DNA of 64,000 bases from Balanoglossus misakiensis (taxonomy: Eukaryota; Animalia; Hemichordata): contig CM082579.2 of NCBI GenBank assembly GCA_040954595.2, positions 12,835,834 to 12,899,833 on the forward strand. Direction: 5' to 3'. The notes beneath the pieces are model-generated. The model had not been told where the DNA came from and made no database searches. It worked only from the letters and a program-made list of their open reading frames with translations. The translations under genes were made by a program, and so were the position numbers. Shown one piece after another: positions 1 through 13,300 of this stretch. Position 1 is the stretch's first letter, and each line of letters begins with the position of its first letter.

Positions 1-89
1 ATCTTCAGTGCTTTTCTTGTTTCTTGTATACACTTATACTACAATTTGGCACACACAAAATCAAAGAAAGCGTTATGTCTGACACAACT

Positions 90-392
90 GTTAGGAAACA
101 CACGAGTTGGGAGTTGACCAGACACCTAATCAGCTATATACTTAGGCATATCATTGAGTATATTGGTACTTTGCTCGGCAATCACCCACACGTTTGTTTA
201 TTTCTACATGGAACTCAGAGACACTCACTCCATGGGTAGCACTCTAATACACACACAGTTGTGTGTGTATTAGTCTGACTTCCATGTAGAAATAAATAAG
301 TGTATGAGGGATTACCAGGCAAAGTTTCAATATACTCCACGATACGATACGGCTGATTAGGTGTCCAGCCAAGTCGCGTGTTTCCTGTAACA
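90..392. repeat. Imperfect inverted repeat (fold-back/MITE-like remnant)
   Basis: About 90-225 (GACACCTAATCAGC..GAGTATATTG..TTTATTTCTACATGGAA) is mirrored by about 270-392 (TTCCATGTAGAAATAAA..CAATATACTC..GCTGATTAGGTGTC). Confidence 0.55.
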
Positions 393-3300
393 TTACAATA
401 ATTAATGTATCTGCCAAAAAGTGTTGTCTTGGCGCTACAATACCGGTAGAAGGCAACTTGATGGGCAGGCATTTATCTCATGCAGAGACAATGTGAAAGT
501 AGATATTTGAATAGAAATTATATTGCAATAGAGAGACAACAGCTAGTTGATAAAACTCTTGTAGAACTCATTAAGTATTAAGTTTATTGATCAAATGTTT
601 ATTGCAACTTTTGAAATAATTTAAATAACATGCACAGTGCACAGTTAGCCACTTTCTAGTCACTATATCCCCCCAAAAACAACACACAAAGAAAACAGGC
701 TGTCCACATTGTTTTGTTCACTAGTAAGTAACCAGGAATTTTTCCATTTTAAGGCAAATGTGACAAATGAACATGGAGTAAACATTTGCTCCAAAAAACT
801 GTACACTGTAATGCGAGAAGGAAAATTATCTCATGAAAGACTTCAACCCATATATTCCATGAATACTTTTCATATCTGCTTCAATCCGGCTGAGTAGCTC
901 TGTTGCTCTGAAATGTATTTGGGAGAACTTGTGAGTTCTGAAGCCTTATGTGTCACTTTTCTTTTCATGCAAATGTGCTATGCTGTTACTGTTTTCATAA
1001 GGCAGAGTTACCTTTCACATTTACTTGATTGGTTCCAAGTAGTATGATTGTGAAAGTCATTGAAACATCAAATTAAATCCTTTACTCTTCAATTGTGTGC
1101 ATTGCAGTGTGACATTTATCATCCATACACATCTTTCAAGAACATATTACAAGTCATCGTTGATGACACAGTCCCCCTCTTGTCGAAAGTGTTATAATCT
1201 TTGGTGTCTAGGTTACTGTAGGATGACATTGATGCAACTTGTGTGAGGACTGTAACATGCAAAATAAAGTAATCTGAGCATCATTTAATAAATGACCTGT
1301 TGGTCACATCATGTTGATCATATCATGAAATAAATTGGCATGGTATTTTATCTTAGTGCCAAGTTTTAACAAAATTGGCTCAGGGAAGTTTGAATTATGC
1401 TTCAAAGACATAAAATATCGCATGCATGACTGTCAGGCCTCATATTGGATGATACTGCAAAATAAATAAACATGCCTATGAATGCCAAAGCGCCTCGTCT
1501 GCGGGGACTAATAATCAAACCCTAGTTGTGGAAAACTACCTTGAATGACACTCTTGGTGACATGGCAACTAATCTTAGTTCCAAGATCATCTTGACATTG
1601 TACCTTGTACAAGGGACAGAAGCTCTGGCATTCTGGTTCACAATCTTATCCAAATACTAGGTGACCAAAACACAACTGCAAATTTGCACACAATAACTGA
1701 AATGGACCTTAACACACACATAGTTATGTTTCAATGTTTGTCATCAATTTTTGTTTTCATTTTTAGGGCCCCAAGTATATGCAGGACTAAACATGTAACA
1801 ATAACAATAATATTTTTATTGAGAATTCAGAAAAAACTACTAACACTTGCATGCAATTAAAATGATTATTTATGCTGTTCAAAGTTGACATTTTGTTGGA
1901 CAACACAGAAAAATTTGGAAACTTGCTTTCCTCATAAGGAATGCATAGCACTGATTGTGCCTACCAGTGTGAGCGTACCCAGGTGTCTGAGACTGTCAGT
2001 AATAATTTCCCATTTTTAGTGTTGAACCTCTCTACTATCCTTTAAATTTTAAACTGTAATTGACATATGTGCTTGTATTTATACAACCACAACATGTAGA
2101 TGTGTTCTGACATCCAACAAAACTTCAACTGTGTGCAACCTTAGCAATTTCAGAAAATTTCGTAACTTCCCAATCCATACATTCGCTTGAAAATCTAGGC
2201 CTTTCCTGCAGGTTGAAAGTATGACAATAGTAAAGCGTGATAATATTTAACAATTTTAAAATATTTCAAAATAGGTTGGATTTAGCAATAAAGTGACATT
2301 TGATAACTCGTCCCAAATAGTCAGTGTCTCTAAGCCACAGTAGCTGTAACTTTTGATGGTATTTTTTTGTTGGATGACATGACAGAAAAGGTAGTAGAGA
2401 CTATGTGGAAACCATGTCTTCTAAGTCTTGGCTCAAGAAACAAAGATTATATTTAATCCACACTCATTATCAATTTGAGAGGATATTATAATACCTATGA
2501 GCCCAAGTTGACTCCATTGAATTTTTTTGTCAACATCACTGAATTTCAGTCTGTTCAGAAATTAGGAAGTGATATGTAACAAATATAGGGGAAAAAATTC
2601 TCGAAAATTGCAGCTACTGTCCCTCAAAAATATTATATAACGGAATTTGTTATGTACCTATGGAATCTCTTATTGCGGAAATGTATCTTTGCATGTCCAG
2701 ACACATCTGCAGAACAGCCTCAGACATGAACAAAATGGAAACCTTGACGGCGCCAAGTTGCCACATTAAAATATTAACAAAATCAAGACATTTATATGTA
2801 AGCTTGAGTGTTATCTCCTTATGTCAACTAAAAAAGTCTTAGGTCATCACAATATATTAATAGCTCCAGACATAAAATACAGTTACAAAGTGGCCATGCA
2901 GAAGCCATACTTTGGGGTTATTATGAAAATACACCAAAGTATGCATGAGGATATAATCACATTGCACTGCCCGATGCCCGATGTAATGCACAGCGTAGCG
3001 GAGGGGGATGCGCCATGCTAATGACCTCATTGGCTGTACTTTTGAAATAACCTTATTATTATAAATCACTACTTTGTTTTTACTTTTGTTTATGCAAATA
3101 CAAACTTATGTTATGTGACAACGGCTATGAGTACGAGTCGAGGTCTAGTGGGAGACACGTGCGATGAAAATTTTGGTATTCAGCCATCAGTTCATACAAA
3201 GTGCGCGTCCACACACCAGGTGCAGATGACAGATTGGTAAAAATTTAACACTAGTGTACTCATTCCATCTTCATCAGAGATTTTTTTCTCGAGATTAATA

Positions 3301-4794
3301 TTGTACCTCTGAGTACCTCAAAACTGCCGGAAAAGTGTTAGCGATGTCGGCATAACAGTGGGTATTTAGTGTCACCCAATTTTTCTTTTGTTCTCGGTGG
3401 CAGATATATAATAATGGGTCATAATCACAAAAACAATCATCCAGCATGTATAAGCCATAAGGTGTTATCCTTGTGCCAAATTTAAAGTAAGCTGACATGC
3501 CTGAGAAATTTTTTTGACCAGATTGTACTGATAGGACAGATGCACAGACGGACAAGTCTCAAGGTAAACGCCCCAAGACAAGACATCGTCCATGGGGACC
3601 AGTATGTCTGTAATAACTGTTGTCAACTAAACTATAAGAAAAAATGCTAAATCTCTAGTTCATCTATCAAAATTTTGAAATGCTTATCCAGCACAAATAA
3701 ATTTATCATCCATACAATTAAAATAATAGTAAAAGGTGTAACAGACAATGGCATAAAAACACACCTTGTGAAAATGTTACGTGTCATAGGCAGTGTTACG
3801 TAGATTATTAGGTCAGTCACTGCTGCAATGCTTTACTGACCTCAGAAGAGGAAAACAATCATATTTAGTAACATTGTAGTTATGTTGGTTTATAATGGCC
3901 TTTTGCAACAGATGTTTGTTGCACACCTGTTGCAAAAGAAATCAACATCACCGCAAACATGAACACTTATCGGTTATGCCACAAAGGTCATGGATCACAA
4001 AATATTAAAATATTTGTGACAGTATTCCTTTAAGGGCCATGGATAATGAAAACATGCGCATGGTAAATGTAACTGGTTGAACTGTGTCCCTGTCCCCCCC
4101 CCCCAAAAAAAAAAATACAAAAGAATTTGGAAGTGTAAAAATCACTCGTGCCCCAGCCCTGACCCTGACTAAAATCAATGTCTTTGTTCAGTGCCAACTC
4201 AAACTCACAATCGACGATAACACAATAGTTAACCAATAAAATAAAATTAAATGAAAGTGTATCCAATTCCAAAATGATTGTCTATTTTGACAGGTGCATT
4301 GAACAACATCATTCATGTCATGTTTGTGTATTACCAGTTTTGCACTGGCCTGCCACACCAAAAATAAGATAGCGCAATTTTTTGTGATACATATAAACAT
4401 GGAGCACGACAGTAATTGCCATATAACAACAGGTAGTGCAATTTGTGCCCACAGTAATCGAAATACAGACAAATTTAAATCCCTCCCGACAGTGCACAAA
4501 TTGCACTTACGGTGCACCTGTTTTAATTATCACGGACCCTTATGGGATAAGCTCTGTCACTGACAGCCTAGCTAAAACAATAACTGAAATGAAAAAAAAA
4601 ACAAGTTATAACTAGGATTACATAGTATAAGACTGATATATGAAACAGAATTATGGTATTTATTATCCGGATCCTGCTTCACCTATCGGATGTACATAGC
4701 CTTTATGTATAATATATACGGTGTATGCCACAAATGAATACAATTCTTCTTTATAACAAACTTCTGATGCTTGGCATAAAAAATACTGCCAATA

Positions 4795-5047
4795 CACCTT
4801 TTTCATAAGTCTAAAATTTGACTTATTAGGTCAACTGAAAGCGAGGCCACTGGGGAAAATCTGTAATTAGCAACAACGCATAGTTATTAGCTGTTCATGG
4901 CGCCAAAGTCAATATTTTTCAAATGCTTTGTTTGGCACTGCCTATAAACTTTGTGCACAGCTGATAATTATGCATTGCTGCTGGTGCTTTCCCCAGTGGC
5001 CTCGCTTTCAGATTGACCTAGGTCAAATTCTAGACTTATGAAAAGTG
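4795..5047. mobile_element. Palindromic MITE
   Basis: Long arms TTTTCATAAGTCTA..AGGTCAA..CTGAAAGCGAGGCCACTGGGGAAA / TTCCCCAGTGGCCTCGCTTTCAG..TTGACCT..TAGACTTATGAAAAG. Confidence 0.65.
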
Positions 5048-5051
5048 TGTG

Positions 5052-5289
5052 TAGACTATTTCATGACTCCTGAATGACCTCACATCCTGGCCTTTTTGGT
5101 GGTATGGCATACATTGACTGCTTCTCCCATATGTAACAGATTAAATCTCATGTTTTGTTCAAGGACGATTTTGAATGCGTGATCAAATTTTTTGGTCGAC
5201 TGTTACAGGGATTGAACTTACAATGTAAAACTCATACCAAGAGAAAATCCATGATGCAAAGGTCACTCAGGGCTCATGAAAATGGCCTA
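5052..5289. mobile_element. Small MITE with imperfect TIRs
   Basis: TAGACTATTTCATGACTCCTGAATGACCT ... AGGTCACTCAGGGCTCATGAAAATGGCCTA are imperfect reverse complements. Confidence 0.45.
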
Positions 5290-5716
5290 TAAGACGGTGC
5301 CGCTCCCACATGATCCGACTTATTTTATACAGGAAATCTTGGTTGGTTAGCCCATGGTGAACTGCATAAAAAGTCAGTCTACTTGATTCTGAGATGTTGT
5401 AGCTAACAAATATGGGAAAATTACCCTGAAAATAGAATCATGCGAATTTCACCATATTGTCACTGCTTGCTTCCATATTGTTTAGAAAATATGCCAAACT
5501 TTTGTGAGAAAATTGTTAAAAATTTTCAACTTAGCAAGTAGAAATTTGCCTATCTTGTACAAGGGTTAAACCTTGCAGATTACATGCTTGTCAACTGTTA
5601 AAATTTTGTCATCCAAACTTGAAATGTTGTGACGGTCAGCGGTCGTCACTGCAGAAATGTAACGATGGCTTTGTGAACTGCAAATGTCTATTTTGAAAAC
5701 AAATTGCTTCTGTTCC

Positions 5717-8700
5717 TTACACATTTCCAAAAAAGTTTTGAGAAAATGCAAGATCATACAATTCAAAAAGTTTTTCTTTTTGGGGCATTTCATTTGCAGC
5801 GCTGGGTCGTGGTAACTGCAAACAGTTGCTACATGTGTTGGCCATTGGTAGAAATGAATACTGCTGTGGAGGAAATACAATTCTCGGATGTATGACAAAA
5901 CCCAAGAGTGGTTCTTCATCAGTTCCAGTTACAAACTGTAACACACGGGACAGTGAGAGTTGTCGTCTACCACCTGGTAACATAATATAAAAATACATAA
6001 AACTTACTAATTTCAAAACATCTACATGTAGATTTTTAAATCACACTGCTGAAATTTTGTGGCTATTGTCTCAGCCCGTAGTTGTAAACACACCATTTTC
6101 ACTAACAGCAAATAAATACCCATCAATGACATGAGTATTCTACTTGGTACATTCTAAAACATGTGTATGACAGTGTAAATATTTTTCTATTAAAGGGACA
6201 AAGTCTCCATTTTTGAACTTTTTGTGATATCAAGAATACAGGGAATACTTGCATAAAGTCACTCAATGTGCAGAATAATGTCAGTACAGAACCTCAAGTG
6301 TCAAAAATTACTCCTTTGCCGTACGTAAAGTAACAATTTGTGTGTGACGTCTACATGAAATGAACTGCTCCATCCAAAGTCTGTTTCCTTCGCCAAATAA
6401 ACACTGCCACAACAGTGTACACGACAGCTGTCAGTATCATATCCACATGAAAGGAACTCACAATCTGAGATTTCATTGCAAGCCCTATGTGGTCATAACA
6501 TTATGTAATATTGCCTATCTTGTCTCATTCATTGATGAAAGTTCATCCAACAATGAATATCTGGTACAGACGAGTCTTTTGAATTGTCTATCTATTAGCA
6601 GAATAGAGATTGTGTACAGTTAATAGCCAGTATATCAGCATGTTTCAAGTAGTCAAACAACTGGAGCAGCTCTTGATATCAAACACAATCAATTAAAAAA
6701 GGTAAAAAAAGAGAGACTTTGTCCCTTTAATGTAATAAACACATAAGTGTTCAGAAAAACAATCTCTAGTTCTTTTCTTATTCATGTGTACCAACACTGT
6801 TTTTCTATTTGGAACAATCCACATAACATTCACTTACTTGCTACTTCCCTAATGTAATCCAGGAACATGGCATATACAGCTTTCTCGTACATTCTTACAT
6901 TTGAACCTTCAGCTCCTGAATAGTCTGGTTTTAGCAATTCTTTAACCTTCTTCACTGTTAGAGCAGATGCTGGATTTGGTTGCAAGAGATGTTTAAATGT
7001 TGGTACTAGACAGCACAGCTGTGAAAGACAATCAATAACAAAGAAAAGTGTGAGATAAATTGCATCACTTAGTGTGGTGTGCAATATAGTCATCAACCTG
7101 TAGTGAAAATCATGATACCTAAATCAAATGAAATCATTTAAAGGGGCATGTTTGATCCTCAGAAATTTTTGTGGAGTGTACATTGGTAAAGTTCAAAATA
7201 CAGCTTTCCAACTGGTTAAATATGTATTGATTTTCCTTCGATGTTCACAGACAATTATGACTCTGAAATGTATGAAAAAGGGTGCGTAAAACATACCTGG
7301 TATATCCCCAACTTAGAGAGACCATTGCGCAGATTGCGCACACATTCCGAAGGATCAGTGCTTTTGATTACATCGTCAAGGACAGTAGGATTCATAAACT
7401 GTGGTAATTTACCATTTTGTAGCATACTAAGACCTGTGAAAAGATATTACCCAAATCAATTGTTATTATTAAACATGTTACTGGTAACTATACGAGTAGA
7501 TTATTTTCAAATGGATGCCAGTTTTTAAAATATTACTTTGAACATATTTATACACTACATTGGCATACACTGCACACAACATATAATTGTAAACTTTATA
7601 CAGTGAAGTCTAAGTTATCAGACCATCTTACCCATTATAATTCCAATGGAGTGGTAGTCTTGGGACAGATGTTCTTTCAGACCATCATCAAAATATTTGG
7701 CTTTAATTTCCCTCAAGACAAGCACAAAGAATTCCTTCCTTGGCCCACCGTAATCTGCTGCTCTCTGTTGGAAACAACATATATGACTAATTTTATATCA
7801 GTTCCCCCTTAAATGATACACATTGTAAACATTTGAATGTTTCTTTTTTGTGTGGTATTTGATTGACTGTAAACCGGATTATTGGAAAGGCAGCACCACA
7901 AACTGAAACTATAGCGTGACTGACAAATGATTTTGTGTATAGAAATTTGTTGCAGTTATTTTTTCTATTTCTTCTGATCGATAATTAATGGGACACTGAC
8001 AGTGGAGCTGAAAAAATTTAAGCAGCATGTTTTCTGCGGTAATGAATTATCCTTACTTGAAAGTTATCAACCAAGGCATGGTGGAGATATCTGCACATGC
8101 AGATCGATTTATGGATTATAGCCAAATTTAAGAGCCTCCATCTCAGCAGGAACAAAAAGCAATCCAACTTAATAGATGGATATTACTGCAAAATATTGTA
8201 AGTTCAAGGTTTTGTAAACCATGTATGTATGTACACTAAGTACTGTACAGCCACGTTTATCTCCTCAAACAGCATTGTACAATCAATAAATATAGAACAA
8301 AAGCTTACCTCATCATAAAACTGCACCTCGAGTGTCAGTCGGAGATCATCAATATCTCTTATTTCGGAAAATGCTGTTGCAAGGATGTCATCCCTATTGA
8401 TCATTATAAAATTTGTCTCGCCTTCAAGCTCTTCAGCTTCATTCTCCACATCTAGCGCTCTCCCTTTTACCATTACTTTTTGGTAATATCTAAGCACTTC
8501 AACAGGATTGTTAATGAAACCATGCGTATTACAGTACATCACTGCATTTGCCACAATGTTGTCAACACTGTTTGCTGCTTCAATCACTTCAACCACGGGT
8601 GCTTCAACACTTTCCTCAACTCCCTGTACTGTTTCTTCAACTTCAACAGTGTCATCAACTCTGTCTCCTGTTTCTTCAACTTCAACAGTGTCATCAACTC

Positions 8701-10377
8701 TGTCTCCTGTTTCTTCAACTTCAACAGTGTCATCAACTCTATCTACTGTATTGGTAGGTGTCGCAGGTCTTTCTTGAATATTGGTTGGTATCTGAAAAAT
8801 ATATGAGGAATTTATGATTTATTTTTTATTATTTATTCTTCATTTCCCCTCACAACAGCAACATAAGACAACAAGTATTGGCTTGCGGTTGGTGTCTTGT
8901 AAATATGCAAGGCTGGAAACTAAATTTTTAGACTAGTAATCCATTTGGGCCTCCGTTTTCTGTAGTTGGTTGCCCAGTGGCAACATGAGGTAGCCCATAC
9001 ATAATGTCACATGTTCCATGATAAGTGTATTTTTCACTGGGAATGATATTTTTTCCATCAACCAGATACAAAAAGATTTGTTTTTCATGACTGCATATGA
9101 ATTAAATTTTCTAGTTATTGATATGAATACCTGGCAGCATAGCCTTTAGCAGACTAGGTGGCACCCAAAATTTTGATGACCTATTTCATGCCATATGCAG
9201 AGCTTATATGCAAATTTTGATATTTGCGTTGCCAACGACCACAGCAATCAGGTTGACATAACAAATCAGAGCATGGTTATCAGTGTTTTCTCCAGCATTT
9301 TGAGACAAGGGGGGAATGTCCCCCACTGGGGGGATTTGGTTGCAAATGAGGGGGACTATAATACATTATGCAAGTTTAAATTATGCAAATTAAGATTTTT
9401 GGGTTTTGTCAGTTCTGAAACGGGTGAATTTAAAGTACACTATTACTTACGACATTCTCTGATACTGATTCCTCTGTCGCATGACTGATGTTCCTCCGAG
9501 TTGCCGGGTTTTCATCCTCTGAGTCTGAATCGCTACTAAATGGTGCGCAAGTCCACAGATGATGTCGTAGTTCACGAACGTCAAATTCTTGGAGACAGCC
9601 ACTACACTTTTCTTTGATTGTGGTTAAAGGGTCGTCTGCAACAAGGGGTTTCGTTGACAGGTTTCTCTGGATTGGTCGTAGGTATATTTTAATTTGAGGT
9701 CCGACATTTACTTTCAAATCCGAAACACGCCATGGACAATCGATTATCTGGAGTGTCTTTACCCCCGGACCTACACATCGAAGCATTTCAAACCCCCCAC
9801 AGTCACGTAGCTGTGGGAAGCCTACGAAATCGTTACTTCCGTCTTGCATTCGTTCGTCTGACGTCAACGTTTTGATCATATCTTGGGCACTGATATCCGC
9901 CTCAAACTGTATTTTTCGGAAGCCCAGTCCTGCCTTTTGCAGAATGTCTTTTTCAGCTTGTGTAGGCACAGTGTTTTTGGTGCGGTCGGCCAAACATACG
10001 AAGTGGCCAGTCCACGTACGTTTCCTCACTTTCCCTTTATGACGTTCCCGGGGCCTTACTCTACAAGGCCCTGTCTGGGGGCGAAATAGTAAACGGCGTT
10101 CGGCCTGAATATCACCTACCAAACTTTCAACACCAGAAGAACGTGACATCTGGGCCTGATCGGACATGGCCGACGGCTGAGTTGCTTCCTTGCAAAGGTC
10201 TCGGAGTCGCACTCGATCACCTACTCTTGTAACTCCCAATCTTTTTAATTCCCCTTCCGTCATGGAAAGAACGGTGGCAGCTTCAATCCGCTCATACTTG
10301 AACCTCTCTACCAACGTTGCCAAATTTATCTCCTGCAAAATTGCCTCGATATTCATCTCTTTCGACTGCGACTGCAT
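5717..10377 (-). CDS. Six-exon SAM-domain / C2HC Zn-finger / shortened HECT E3 ubiquitin ligase (G2E3-like), ~705 aa
   Basis: Exons 10377-9451, 8791-8309, 7764-7632, 7433-7297, 7018-6838 and 5973-5717 join at GT-AG sites in frame (2118 nt). N-terminal SAM motif (MTEGELKRLGVTRVGDRVRLRDLC) and CSGC..RHHLWTC finger. HECT motifs: INRDDIL..LEVQFYDE-RAADYGGPRKEFF, LQFVTG, and catalytic PMANTCSNCL..FGNV-stop. Confidence 0.85.
6194..6726. mobile_element. Non-autonomous Kolobok-type MITE in HECT gene intron 5
   Basis: TTAA|AGGGACAAAGTCTC ... GAGACTTTGTCCCT|TTAA: perfect 14-bp TIR and TTAA target duplication. Confidence 0.85.
8630..8741 (-). repeat. In-frame 39-bp coding tandem repeat, ~3 copies (DRVDDTVEVEETG)
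   Basis: Unit TGTTTCTTCAACTTCAACAGTGTCATCAACTCTGTCTCC repeats inside exon 2 of the HECT gene. Confidence 0.85.
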
Positions 10378-10479
10378 GCCAGAGACGCGCAAAACAAACA
10401 GAAAATGGCCGACAATAAAATTGTGCGCCCTCTAGTGAGGTAGTAAACAAGTAAATAATAATAATACTTGCAAAGTGTC

Positions 10480-11208
10480 ATATAATCGTACTACTTCAAC
10501 ATTAAATACTACTATTTATTTATAATATATTAACGAATCACAATATAATCGTACTACTTCAACATTAAATACTACTATTTATTTATAATATATTAACGAA
10601 TCAAAATATAATCGTACTACTTCAACATTAAATACTACTATTTATTTATAATATATTAACGAATCAAAATATAATCGTACTACTTCAACATTAAATACTA
10701 CTATTTATTTATAATATATTAACGAATCAAAATATAATCGTACTACTTCAACATTAAATACTACTATTTATTTATAATATATTAACGAATCAAAATATAA
10801 TCGTGCTACTTCAACATTAAATACTACTATTTATTTATAATATATTAACGAATCAAAATATAATCGTGCTACTTCAACATTAAATACTACTATTTATTTA
10901 TAATATATTAACGAATCAAAATATAATCGTGCTACTTCAACATTAAATACTACTATTTATTTATAATATATTAACGAATCACAATATAATCGTACTACTT
11001 CAACATTAAATACTACTATTTATTTATAATATATTAACGAATCAAAATATAATCGTACTACTTCAACATTAAATACTACTATTTATTTATAATATATTAA
11101 CGAATCAAAATATAATCGTACTACTTCAACATTAAATACTACTATTTATTTATAATATATTAACGAATCAAAATATAATCGTACTACTTCAACATTAAAT
11201 ACTACTAT
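10480..11208. repeat. 63-bp AT-rich minisatellite, ~11.5 near-identical copies
   Basis: Unit TATAATCGTACTACTTCAACATTAAATACTACTATTTATTTATAATATATTAACGAATCAAAA at period 63 (10481, 10544, ...). Only single-base variants between copies. Confidence 0.95.
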
Positions 11209-11216
11209 TGCTATAC

Positions 11217-12991
11217 TTAAGACCCCTGAGGCTTGCCATAACGGAGGATGGGTCGCCATGAATCGGCTATAAATGCGGGCTTCTGCACAAGTTCTTTGTG
11301 CGCGATTTCCATTATTATTTCTCGTATGATGTCAGCCGTCGGCATTTTTCTGCACTGATGACGATCGAGAAATTCGATCAGTTCGTCTTCCTGTTCTTCA
11401 CCCTGATAGTTATTGATGGATTGTTCTAGCAATTCGCGTTCACTTTCAGATACATACAGCATGTATGTATCCAGCAAATCGGATGGGCTTCCGAAAAGCA
11501 CTTCGTGAATGAAGGATGGCGCAATTGCGATGGGGAAGTAACCGACTTGTTGCCATCCCTTGACAATTATTCGAGCTACAGACTCCCACTTACTGCGGGA
11601 AAAAATCGTTTCGGGGAAACGGCACTTTGAAGGAATTTCCCACGGTGCATCTTTGATAACATTCATTCCAATTACTGTCAGACAGTCCTTGAACACACTA
11701 TTTTGATCTGCATCTCCTATCTCACCACTTGGTAATATTAATTTGATATCAATTTCGTCGTCTAGGATGTTTCCATCAGCGAATGCATTCAGCATGTCAA
11801 CAAGGATGTTGCCGCGATGTATCAGTACATTTCAAACACCAGGCTAGCGAGAAGCCTCTGATACGGCATCAGATGGATTATCATCGCTACCACTGGTTTT
11901 CTTTGTTGTGACCACCGAAACTCTGACATGTCGGAACCGGCTTCTGTCGAACATCTCACCAACACAACACTCCTCATCAATAGACTTTCCTTCTCTGTCT
12001 CTCAAATCAAAGTCAAATTCGTGCACTTCACCTTTCTGTGACATACCTCCCGGGAAAATGTATTCTTTTCCCAACCTAAGTAGCTCAGACCTCCGACTTG
12101 TGTTTTTTAATGATACAGTTCTAGTACCACCACCTTCCTTGCTGCATACATGTTGATACGACTGGATGGAGTACTCAAAGTTTAGCCATCTCAGTTCGAC
12201 CTCTTTACATAATATTTCTGGATGTACCGCTTCGTCATCTGAAGATGATGATTGTTGTTGTGGTTTGACACGACTCTGACGGCGAATCTTTTTCTTTATA
12301 TTGCTTAGCAGTGTCGCATTTTTGTCTGTTTCTTCGCCGACTTGAAGTAGCTGGCGACAAAAGTCCGTAGTTACCATTCGATCATCTGATGATGGCATAA
12401 AATTTGCTAATATCGCATCGTCCATCGATAGAATCTGGGAAGGGTCGATCTGGAATCAAATTTACAATAATAAATTAGGGCAAATGGATGTTGATATTTA
12501 AAGTGAGGGGGTCGTCGCGTGACGTTTGTTTGTTGATAAACATTAGAAGTCACCCACAAATCCCTGAAACTCGGCAATTTCACAATGAACGAAAAAGTTG
12601 ACTGTGGCGAAGACGGAGCATGACAGCTACTGAAGATCCCAGTAGGTTGTGGCGACTGCAATGGGGTTTGCGTTGGTATAGGACGACAATTCTCACCACG
12701 GGGGACCAACCCGGCGCGACGACCGCTTCCCTTTAAACAAATAATAACGAATTTCGCAGATATAATTTGGCTTTCAGTTGGTTTTGAAGATATTTTTTGA
12801 ATTATTACAAGTAAGTCGCGCATTTACAATATATTCAGCTTGTGTCTGTTAAAATTAATTGACATTTACCTAAAGAACCATGCAGTTTGGGACATGGGAG
12901 TCAATGTTAATACCTTTTCATTTTCCAGTTTTTGGATTACCTCAGGGGACACACATCGAACTCTTAAGAAGTTGTACAACTGATCAGCCAT
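11217..12991 (-). pseudogene. Degenerate SAM-like / HECT E3 ligase gene, 3'-truncated
   Basis: Exon 12991-12914 (MADQLYNFL..KLENEK|gt) splices to 12449 (IDPSQILSMDD..). It continues through WLNF..GGGTRTVSL..IFPGGMS and HECT N-lobe remnants (SGEIGD, KWESVARIIVKGWQQVGYFPI, EIAHKELVQKP). Stop at 11844 plus frameshifts. The C-lobe with the catalytic Cys is absent where the 63-bp array begins. Confidence 0.75.
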
Positions 12992-13300
12992 CTCAAGGTC
13001 TTTGAGTAACTCTGAAATACAGAAGACACACGAACAAGTTACAGCATGAGTTATCGCTTTCATTGTGAATATCAACTTCTACAGTTATCTTTGTTTCCAC
13101 AATTTTTGAAAAACCTTCAAATTATGCAACTGTCATTTAGTTAGCTACCATTGGTCTGAAATATTTTATTATGCAGTGAATGGACAGATGCGAGACGAGG
13201 GTATATTATATTAGAACTATTACTATAAGGATGGTGTATTTTGTCTGATGACACATATACCTCGACGTGACAGAGTAAAAAAAGCTAGAGAATCACATAC

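Noticed and set aside
400-4790. Possible genes in the first 5 kb
   Set aside because: Only short ORFs without motifs and small fragments of old repeats are present, and I could not build a consistent exon chain.
7138-7813. TTAAAGGGGCA...CCCCCTTAA as another Kolobok MITE
   Set aside because: The match beyond AGGGG is poor, and the interval contains two in-frame HECT exons.
12407-12823. 138-aa ORF upstream of the second HECT fragment
   Set aside because: It lies mostly within the predicted intron (12913-12450) and is out of frame with the spliced product.
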